64,000 nt of DNA, taken from contig OZ024744.1 in the NCBI GenBank assembly GCA_964016885.1, forward strand, positions 128,588,001-128,652,000, read 5' to 3'. Origin of the DNA: Eledone cirrhosa (Eukaryota). Positions within the stretch are counted from its first letter, which is position 1. The number at the start of each line of letters is the position of its first letter. This document shows, one piece after another, positions 45,901-56,040 of the stretch. The notes under the pieces were generated by a model, which saw only the letters and a list, made by a program, of their open reading frames with translations, did not search any database and was not told the origin of the DNA. The translations under genes were made by a program, and so were the position numbers.

Positions 45901-48900
45901 GGTTAAGTTAAGTTGGGGGTAAGTTAAGTTGGGGGTAAGTTAAGTTAGGGTTAAGTTAAGTTGGGGTTGAGTTAAGTTGGGGTTAAGTTAAGTTGGGGTT
46001 ATGTTAAGTTGGGGTTAAGTTAAGTTGGGGTTAAGTTAAGTTGGGGTTAAGTTAAGTTGCGGTTAAGTTAAGTTGGGGTTAAATTAAGTTGGGGTTAAGT
46101 TAAGTTGGGATTAAGTTAAGTTGGGGTTAAGTTAAGTTGGGGTTAAGTTAAGTTGGGGTTAAGTTAGATTGTTGTTAAGTTAAGTTGGGGTTAAGTTAAG
46201 TTGGGGTTAAGTTAAGTTGGGGTTAATTTAAGTTGGGGTTAAGTTATGTCGGGGTTAAGTTGAGTTGGGGTTAAGTTAAGTTGGGGTTAAGTTAAGTTGG
46301 GGTTAAGTTAAGTTGGGGTTAAGATAAGTTGGGGTTAAGTTAAGTTGGGGTTAAATTAAGTTCGGGTTAAGTTAATTTGGGGTTGACTTAAGTTGGGGTT
46401 AACTTAAGTTGGGATTAAGTTAAGTTGGGGTTAAGTTAAGTTGGGGTTAAATTAAGTTCGGGTTAAGTTAAGTTGGGGTTAAGTTAAGTTGGGGTTAAGT
46501 TAAGTTGGGGTTAAGTTAGGTTGGGGTTAAGTTAAGTTGGGGGTAAGTTAAGTTGGGGTTAAGTTAAGTTGGGGTTAAGTTAAGTTGGGGGTAAGTTAAG
46601 TTGGGGTTAAGCTAATTTGGGGTTAAGTTAAGTTGGGGTTAATTTAAGTTGGGGTTAAGTTAAGTTGCGGGTAATTTAAGTCGGGGTTAAGTTAAGTTGG
46701 GGTTAAGTTAAGTTGGGGTTAAGTTAAGGTGGGGTTTAGTTAAGTTGGGGTTAAGTTAAGTTGGGGGTAAGTTAAGTTGGGGGTAAGTTAAGTTGGGGGT
46801 AAGTTAAGTTGGGGTTAAGTTAAGTCGGGGTTAAGTTAAGTTGGGGTTAAGTTAAGTTGGGGTTAATTTAAGTTGGGGTTAAGTTAAGTTGGGGGTAAGT
46901 TAAGTTGGGGGTAAGTTAAGTTAGGGTTAAGTTAAGTTGGGGTTGAGTTAAGTTGGGGTTAAGTTAAGTTGGGGTTATGTTAAGTTGGGGTTAAGTTAAG
47001 TTGGGGTTAAGTTAAGTTGGGGTTAAGTTAAGTTGCGGTTAAGTTAAGTTGGGGTTAAATTAAGTTGGGGTTAAGTTAAGTTGGGATTAAGTTAAGTTGG
47101 GGTTAAGTTAAGTTGGGGTTAAGTTAAGTTGGGGTTAAGTTAGATTGTTGTTAAGTTAAGTTGGGGTTAAGTTAAGTTGGGGTTAAGTTAAGTTGGGGTT
47201 AATTTAAGTTGGGGTTAAGTTATGTCGGGGTTAAGTTAAGTTGGGGTTAAGTTAAGTTGGGGTTAAGTTAAGTTGGGGTTAAGATAAGTTGGGGTTAAGT
47301 TAAGTTGGGGTTAAATTAAGTTCGGGTTAAGTTAATTTGGGGTTGACTTAAGTTGGGGTTAACTTAAGTTGGGATTAAGTTAAGTTGGGGTTAAGTTAAG
47401 TTGGGGTTAAATTAAGTTCGGGTTAAGTTAAGTTGGGGTTAAGTTAAGTTGGGGTTAAGTTAAGTTGGGGTTAAGTTAGGTTGGGGTTAAGTTAAGTTGG
47501 GGGTAAGTTAAGTTGGGGTTAAGTTAAGTTGGGGTTAAGTTAAGTTGGGGGTAAGTTAAGTTGGGGGTAAGTTAAGTTGGGGTTAATTTAAGTTGGGTCG
47601 AATTAAGTTGGTGTTAAGTTAAGTTGGGGTTAAGTTAAGTTGGGGTTAAGTTAAGTTGGGGTTAAGTTAAGATGGGGTTTAGTTAAGTTGGGGTTAAGTT
47701 ATGTTGGGGTTACGTTAAGTTGGGGGTAAGTTAAGTTGGTGGTAAGTTAAGTTGGGGGTAAGTTAAGATGGGGTTAAATTAAGTTGGGGTTAAGTTAATT
47801 TGGGGTTGACTTAATTTGGGGTTGACTTAAGTTGGGGTTAACTTAAGTTGGGGTTAAGTTAAGATGGGGTTTAGTTAAGTTGGGGTTAAGTTAAGTTGGG
47901 GTTTAGTTAAGTTGGGGTTAAGTTAAGTTGGGGTTAAGTTAAGTTGGTGGTAAGTTAAGTTGGGGGTAAGTTAAGTTGGGGGTAAGTTAAGTTGGGGTTA
48001 ATTTAAGTTGGGTCGAATTAAGTTGGTGTTAAGTTAAGTTGGGGTTAAGTTAAGTTGGGGTTAAGTTAAGTTGGGGTTAAGTTAAGTTGGGGGTAAGTTA
48101 AGTTGGGGTTAATTTAAGTTGGGTCGAATTAAGTTGGTGTTAAGTTAAGTTGGGGTTAAGTTAAGTTGGGGTTAAGTTAAGTTGGGGTTGAGTTAAGTCG
48201 GGGTTAAGTTAAGTTGGGGTTATGTTAAGTTGGGGTTAAGTTAAGTTGGGGTTAAGTTAAGTTGGGGTTCAATTAAGTTGCGGTTAATTTAAGTTGGGGT
48301 TAAGTTAAGTTGGGGTTAAGTTAAGTTGGGGTTAAGTTAAGTTGGGGTTAAATTAAGTTGGGGTTAAATTAAGTTGGGGTTAAGTTAAGTTGGGGTTATG
48401 TTAAGTTGGTGTTAAATTAAGTTGGGGTTAAGTTAAGTTGGGGTTAAGTTAAGTTGGGGTTAAGTTAGGTTGGTGTTAAGTTAAGTTGGGGGTAAGTTAA
48501 GTTGGGGGTAAGTTAAGTTGGTGTTAAGTTAAGTTGGGGTTAAGTTAAGTTGGGGTTAAGTTAAGTTGGGTTTAAGTTAAGTTGGGGCTAAGTTAAGTTA
48601 GGGCTAAGTTAAGTTGGGGTTAAGTAAAGTTAGGGCTAAGTTAAGTTGGGTTAAGTTAAGTTGGGGTTAATTTAACTTGGGGTTACATTAAGTTGAGGTT
48701 AAGTTAAGTTGGTGTTAAGTTAAGTTGGGGTTAATTTAAGTTGGGGTTAATTAAGTTGGGGTTAATTTAAGTTGGGGTTAAGTTAAGTTGGGGTTAATTT
48801 CAGTTGGGGTTGAGTTAAGTTGGGGTTAAGTTTAGTTGGGGTTAATTTAAGTTGGGGTTGAGTTAAGTTGGGGTTAAGTTAAGTTGGGGTTAAGTTATGT

Positions 48901-51761
48901 TCGGGTTAAGTTAAGTTGCGGCTAAGTTAAGTTGGGTCTAAGTTAAGTTGGGGTTAAGTTAAGTTGGGGTTAAGTTAAGTGAGGGTTAATTTAAGTTGGG
49001 GTTATTTTAAGTTGGGGTTAAGTTAAGTTGGGGTTAAGTTAGGTTGGTGTTAAGTTAAGTTGGGGGTAAGTTAAGTTGGGGGTAAGTTAAGTTGGTGTTA
49101 AGTTAAGTTGGGTTTAAGTTAAGTTGGGGCTAAGTTAAGTTAGGGCTAAGTTAAGTTGGGGCTGAGTTAAGTTGGGGTTAAGTTAAGTTGGGGTTGAGTT
49201 AAGTTGGGGCTAAGTTAAGTTGGGGTTTAGTTAAGTTGGGGTTAAGTTAAGGTGGGGTTAAGTTAAGTTGGGGTCAACTAAAGTTGGGGTTAAGTTAAGT
49301 TGGGGTTAACTTAAGTTGGGGTTAAATTAAGTTGGGGTTAAGTTAAGTTGGGGTTAAGTTAAGTTGGGGTTAAGTTAAGTTGCGGGTAATTTAAGTTGGG
49401 GTTAAGTTAAGTTGGGGTTAAGTTAAGTTGGGGGTAAGTTAAGTTGGGGGTAAGTTAAGTTGGGGTTAAGTTAAGTTAGGGTTAAGTTAAGTTGGGGTTG
49501 AGTTAAGTTGGGGTTAAGTTAAGTTGGGGTTATGTTAAGTTGGGGTTAAGTTAAGTTGGGGTTAATTTAAGTTGGGGTTAAGTTAAGTTGCGGTTAAGTT
49601 AAGTTGGGGTTAAATTAAGTTGGGGTTAAGTTAAGTTGGGATTAAGTTAAGTTGGGGTTAAGTTAAGTTGGGGTTAAGTTAGATTGTTGTTAAGTTAAGT
49701 TGGGGTTAAGTTTAGTTGGGGTTAATTTAAGTTGGGGTTAATTTAAGTTGGGTCTAATTAAGTTGGGGTTAAGTTAAGTTGGGGTTAAGTTAAGTTGGGG
49801 TTAAGTTAAGTTGGGGTTAAGTTAAGTTGCGTTTACGTTAAGTTGGGGGTAAGTTAAGTTGGTGGTAAGTTAAGTTGGGGGTAAGTTAAGATGGGGTTAA
49901 GTTAAGTTGGGGTTAATTTAATTTGGGGTTAAGTTAAGTTAGGGTTAAGTTAAGTTGGGGTTGAGTTAAGTCGGGGTTCAGTTAAGTTGGGGTTATGTTA
50001 AGTTGGGGTTAAGTTAAGTTGGGGTTAAGTTAAGTTGGGGTTCAATTAAGTTGCGGGTAATTTAAGTTGGGGTTAAGTTAATTTGGGGGTACGTTAAGTT
50101 GGGGGTAAGTTAAGTTGGGGTTAAGTTAAGTTGGGGTTAAGTTAAGTCGTGGTTAATTTAAGTTGCGGTTAAGTTAAGTTGGGGTTAAGTTAAGTTGGGG
50201 TTAAGTTAAGTTGGGATTAAGTTAAGTTGGGGTTAAGTTAAGTTGGGGTTGAGTTAAGTTGGGGTTAAGTTAGATTATTGTTAATTTATTTTGGGGTTAA
50301 GTTAAGTTGGGGTTAAGTTAAGTTGGGGTTAATTTAAGTTGGGGTTAAGTTAAGTGGGGGTTAAGTTGAGTTGGGGTTAAGTTAAGTTGGGGTTAAGTTA
50401 AGTTGGGGTTAAGATAAGTTGGGGTTAAGTTAAGTTGGGGTTGAGTTAAGTTCGGGTTGAGTTAATTTGGGGTTAACTTAAGTTGGGGTTAACTTAAGTT
50501 GGGGTTAAGTTAAGTTGGGTTTATGTTAAGTTGGGGATAAGTTAAGTTGGGGTTAAGTTAAGTTGGGGTTCAATTAAGTTGCGGTTAATTTAAGTTGGGG
50601 TTAAGTTAAGTTGGGGTTAAGTTAAGTTGGGGTTAAGTTAAGTTGGGGTTAAATTAAGTTAGGGCTAAGTTAAGTTGAGGTTATGTTAAGTTGGTGTTAA
50701 GTTAAGTTGGGGTTAAGTTAAGTTGGGGTTTAAGTTAAGTTGGGGTTAAGTTAAGTTGGGGTTAAGTTAGGTTGGTGTTAAGTTAAGTTGGGGGTAAGTT
50801 AAGTTGGGGGTAAGTTAAGTTGGTGTTAAGTTAAGTTGGGGTTAAGTTAAGTTGGGGTTAATTTAAGTTGGGGTTAAGTTAAGTTGGGTTTAAGTTAAGT
50901 TGGGTCTAAGTTAAGTTGGGGTTAAGTTAAGTTGAGGTTAAGTTAAGTTGGGATTAAGTTAAGTTGGGGTCAAGTTAAGTTGGGGTTAAGTTAAGTTGGG
51001 GTTAAGTTAGGTTGGGGTCAAGTTATGTTGGGGGTAAGTTAAGTTGGGGGTAAGTTAAGTTGGGGGTAAGTTAAGTTGGGGGTGAGTTAAGTTGGTGGTA
51101 AGTTAAGTTGGGGGTAAGTTAAGATGGGGTTAAGTTAAGTTGGGGTTAATTTAATTTGGGGTTAAGTTAAGTTAGGGTTAAGTTAAGTTGGGGTTGAGTT
51201 AAGTTGGGGTTAAGTTAAGTTGGGGTTATGTTAAGTTGGGGATAAGTTAAGTTGGGGTTAAGTTAAGTTGGGGTTCAATTAAGTTGCGGTTAATTTAAGT
51301 TGGGGTTAAGTTAAGTTCGGGTTAAGTTAAGTTGGGGTTAAGTTAAGTTGGGGTTAAATTAAGTTAGGGCTAAGTTAAGTTGAGGTTATGTTAAGTTGGT
51401 GTTAAGTTAAGTTGGGGTTAAGTTAAGTTGGGGTTAAGTTAAGTTGGGGTTAAGTTAAGTTGGGTTTAAGTTAAGTTGGGGCTAAGTTAAGTTGGGGCTA
51501 AGTTAAGTTGGGGTTAAGTTAAGTTGGAGTTAAGTTAAGTTGGGGTTAAGTTAGGTTGGTGTTAAGTTAAGTTGGGGGTAAGTTAAGTTGGGGGTAAGTT
51601 AAGTTGGTGTTAAGTTAAGTTGGGGTTAAGTTAAGTTGGGGCTAAGTTAAGTTGGGTTTAAGTTAAGTTGGGTCTAAGTTAAGTTGGGGTTAAGTTAAGT
51701 TGGGGTTAACTTAAGTTGGGGGTAAGTTAAGTTGGGTTTGAGTTAAGTTGGGGTTAAGTTA
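33921..51761 (+). repeat. Tandem satellite array, 16-bp monomer (~1115 monomers)
   Basis: Direct reading. 39482 onward matches window position 1 onward (offset 39481, then 39497). Confidence 0.99.
45630..47580 (+). repeat. Higher-order tandem duplication, period 976 bp (61 monomers)
   Basis: TTAAGCTAATTTGGGG at 45631 and 46607; GATTGTTG at 46167 and 47143. The same junction recurs at ~63740 in the next macro-unit. Confidence 0.88.
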
Positions 51762-54700
51762 GGTTTTTCGAAAACCTTATATAATCATTTTTTTTTAGGT
51801 TTTTCGAAACACCTTATATAATCAATTTTTTTATGTTTTTCCAAAAACCTTATATAATCATTTTTTTTATACTTTTAGAAATATTTATATCTGATTTCAA
51901 ATATTTATTTTTCTAGGTTTTTCGAAAACCTTATATAATCAATTTTTTTTAGGTTTTTCGAAAAATGTTATATAATCAATTTTTTTTAGGTTTTTCGAAA
52001 AACCTTATATAATCAATTTTTTTTTAGGTTTTTCGAAACACCTTATATAATCAATTTTTTTTAGGTTTTTCGAAAAACCTTATATAATCAATTTTTTTTA
52101 GGTTTTTCGAAAAACCTTATATAATCAATTTTTTTAGGTTTTTCGTAAAACCTTATATAATCAATTTTTTTAGGTTTTTCGAAAAACCTTATATAATCAA
52201 TTTTTTTTAGGTTTTTCGAAATACCTTATATAATTAATTTTTTTTAGGTTTTTCGAAAAATCTTATATAATTAATTTATATCTGATTTCAAATATTGATT
52301 TTTTTAGGTTTTTCGAAAACCTTATATAATCAATTTTTTTTAGGTTTTTCGAAAAAGAATGAATTCATATTCGAAATATATACTTCTGCATTAATCTTTT
52401 TACGTTTTTCTGATTTTTTGCATGTTTTGAAATTTAAAAAAAACGTAAAAAATTAATGCTTTTACAAATATTTTGAAATATTTACTTTCTGGTTTCAAAT
52501 TTTGCAAATTAAATTTTTTTCTAAAAAAATCAGTTTTCGAAATCAGAAGTTAATATTTCGAAAAACGCAATTTAAAAAACTCATATTAATTTTTTTTCGA
52601 ATGAAGTTTTTTTATGCTTTTAGAAATATTTATATCTGATTTAAAATATTGATTTTTTTAGGTTTACCTTATATAATCAAATTTTTTTAGGTTTTTCGAA
52701 ATATCTTATATAATCAATTTTTTTTAGGTTTTTCGAAAAAGAATGAATTTGAGTTCATAGTCGAAATATATACTTCTGCATTAATCTTTGATTTTTTGCA
52801 TGTTTTGAAATCTAAAAAAAACGTAAAAAATTAATGCTTTTACAAATATTTTGAAATATTTACTTTCTGGTTTCTAAGTTTGCAAATTAAATTTTTTTCG
52901 AAAAACCTAAAAAAATCAGTTTTTGAAATCAGAAGTTAATATTTCGAAAAACGCAATTTGAAAAACTCATATTAATTTTTTTTCGAATGAAGTTTTTTAT
53001 ACTTTTAGAAATATTTATATCTGATTTCAAATATTGATTTTTTTAGGTTTTTCGAAAAAGAATGAATTTGAGTTCATAGTCGAAATATATATTTCTGCAT
53101 TAATCTTTTTACGTTTTTCTGATTTTTTGCATGTTTTGAAATTTAAAAAAAACGTAAAAAAACAATATTTCGAAAAACGCAATTTGAAAAACTCATATTC
53201 ATTTTTTTTCGAATGAATTCTTTCATACTTTTAGAAATATTTATATCTGATTTTAAATATTGATTTTTTTAGGTTTACCTTATATAATCAAATGTTTTTA
53301 GGTTTTTCGAAAAAGAATGAATTTGAGTTCATAGTCGAAATATATACTTCTGCATTAATCTTTTTACGTTTTTCTGATTTTTTGCATGTTTTGAAATTTA
53401 AAAAAAAACGTAAAAAATTAATGCTTTTACAAATATTTTGAAATATTTACTTTCTGGTTTCGAATTTTGCAAATTAAATTTTTTTCGAAAAAAACCTAAA
53501 AAAATCAGTTTTCGAAATCAGAAGTTAATATTTCGAAAAACGCAATTTGAAAAACTCATATTAATTTTTTTTCGAATGAAGTTTTTTTATGCTTTTAGAA
53601 ATATTTATATCTGATTTCAAATATTGATTTTTTTTAGGTTTTTCGAAAAAGAATGAATTTGAGTTCATAGTCGAAATATATATTTCTGCATTGATCTTTG
53701 ATCTTTTGCATGTTTTGAAATTTAAAAAAAAAGTAAAAAATTAATGCTTTTACAAATATTTTGAAATATTTACTTTCTGGTTTCAAAGTTTGCAAATTAA
53801 ATTTTTTTCGAAAAACCTAAAAAAATCAGTTTTCGAAATCAGAAGTTAATATTTCGAAAAACGCAATTTGAAAAACTCATATTAATTTTTTTTCGAATGA
53901 ATTCTTTCATACTTTTAGAAATATTTATATCTGATTTCAAATATTGATTTTTTTTAGGTTTTTCGAAAAATCTTATATAATCAATTTTTTTTAGGTTTTT
54001 CGAAAAAGAATGAATTTGAGTTCATAGTCGAAATATATACTTCTGCATTAATCTTTGATTTTTTGCATGTTTTGAAATTTAAAAAAAACGTAAAAAATTA
54101 ATATTTCGAAAAACGCAATTTGAAAAACTCATATTAATTTTTTTTCGAATGAATTCTTTTATACTTTTAGAAATATTTATATCTGATTTTAAATATTGAT
54201 TTTTTTAGGTTTACCTTATATAATCAAATTTTTTTAGGTTGTTCGAAAAATCTTATATAATCAAATTTTTTTAGGTTTTTCGAAAAAGAATTTGAGTTCA
54301 TAGTCGAAATATATACTTCTGCATTAATCTTTTTACGTTTTTCTGATTTTTTGCATGTTTTGAAATTTAAAAAAAACGTAAAAAATTAATGCTTTTACAA
54401 ATATTTTGAAATATTTACTTTCTGGTTTCAAATTTTGTAAATTAAATTTTTTTCGAAAAACCTAAAAAAATCAGTTTTCGAAATCAGAAGTTAATATTTC
54501 GAAAAACGCAATTTAAAAAACTCATATTAATTTTTTTTGAATGAATTCTTTTAGAAATATTTATATCTGATTTCAAATATTGATTTTTTTAGGTTTACCT
54601 TATATAATCAAATTTTTTTAGGTTTTTCAAAAACCTTATATAATCAATTTTTTTTAGGTTTTTCGAAAAACCTTACATAATCAATTTTTTTTAGGTTTTT

Positions 54701-54986
54701 TCGAAAAACCTTATATAATCAATTTTTTACGTTTTTAGAAAAACCTTATATAATCAATTTTTTTTATACTTTTAGAAATATTTATATCTTATTTCAAATA
54801 TTGATTTTTTTTAGATTTTTCGAAATAACTTATATAATCAATTTTTCTAGGTGTTTCGAAAAACCTTATATAATCAATTTTTTTTAGGTTTTTCGAAAGA
54901 CCTTATATAATCAATTTTTTTTAGGTTTTTCGAAAAACCTTATATAATCAATTTTTTTAAGTTTTTCGACAACCTTATATAATCAA
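51762..54986. repeat. AT-rich composite repeat island, copy 2
   Basis: Offset 22121/22120 from copy 1 with identical junctions. By eye it differs by four substitutions and one 1-bp indel. Confidence 0.97.
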
Positions 54987-55811
54987 GTTGAGTTTAAGTT
55001 AAGTTGGGATTAAGTTAAGTTGGGGTTAAGTTAAGATGGGGTTAAGTTATGTTGAGGTTAAGTTAAGTTGGGGTTAAATTAAGTTGGGGTTAAGTTAAGT
55101 TGGGGTTAAGTTAAGTTGGGGTTAGGTTAAGTTGGGTTTAAGTTAAGTTGGGGATAAGTTAAGTTGGGGTTAAGTTAAGTTGGGTTTAAGTTAAGTTGGG
55201 GTTAAGTTAAGTTGGGGTTAAGTTAAGTTGGGGTTAAATTAAGTTGGGGTTAAGTTAAGTTGGGGTTGAGTGAAGTTGGGGTTAAGTTAAGTTGGGGTTA
55301 AATTAAATTGGGGTTAAGTTAAGTTGGGGTTGAGTGAAGTTGGGGTTAAGTTAAGTTGGGGTTAAATTAAGTTGGGGTTAAGTTTAGTTGGGGTTGAGTT
55401 AAGTTGGGGTTAATTTAAGTTGGGGCTAAGTTAATTTGTGGTTAAGTTAAGTTGGGGTTAAGTTAAGTTGGGGTTAAGTTAAGTTGGGGTTGAGTTAAGT
55501 TGGGGTTAAGTTAAGTTGGGTTTAAGTTAAGTTGGGGTTAAATTAAGTTGGGGTTAAATTAAGTTGGGGTTAAGTTAAGTTGGGGGTAAGTTAAGTTGGG
55601 GGCAAGTTAAGTTGGGGTTAAGTTAAGTTGGGGTTAAGTTAAGTTGGGGTTAATTTAAGTTGGGGTTATGTTAAGTCGGGGTTAAGTTAAGTTGGGGTTA
55701 AGTTAAGTTGGGGGTAAGTTACGTTAGGGCTAAGTTAAGTTGGGGTTAAGTTAAGTTGGTGTTAAGTTAAGTTGGGGGTAAGTTACGTTAGGGCTAAGTT
55801 ACGTTGGGGTT
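54987..55811 (+). repeat. 16-bp satellite between island 2 and the inversion
   Basis: Matches 32867-33691 at offset 22120. Confidence 0.97.
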
Positions 55812-56040
55812 AACTTAACCCCAACTTAACTTAACCCCAACTTAACTTAGACCCAACTTAACTGAGCCCCAACTTAACTTAACCCCAACGTAACTTAGCC
55901 CTAACGTAACTTACCCCCAACTTAACTTAACACCAACTTAACTTAACCCCAACTTAACTTACCCCCAACTTAACTTACCCCCAACTTAACTTACCCCCAA
56001 CTTAACTTAACCCCAACTTAACTTAACTTAACCCCAACTT
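55812..56040 (-). repeat. Inverted block of the 16-bp satellite, 229 bp, copy 2
   Basis: Matches 33692-33920 at offset 22120, including both junctions. Confidence 0.98.

Noticed and set aside
53034-53216. Second copy of the 60-aa ORF
   Set aside because: Present only because the island is duplicated. The one difference is non-synonymous (S to I), so there is no sign of coding constraint.
51762-54986. Island 2 as a pure assembly duplicate of island 1
   Set aside because: The copies differ at several sites (e.g. AAGCTT vs AATCTT near 30981/53102, and a 1-bp indel near 32418) and sit in differently rearranged flanks, which favours real paralogues. Read support is still needed.
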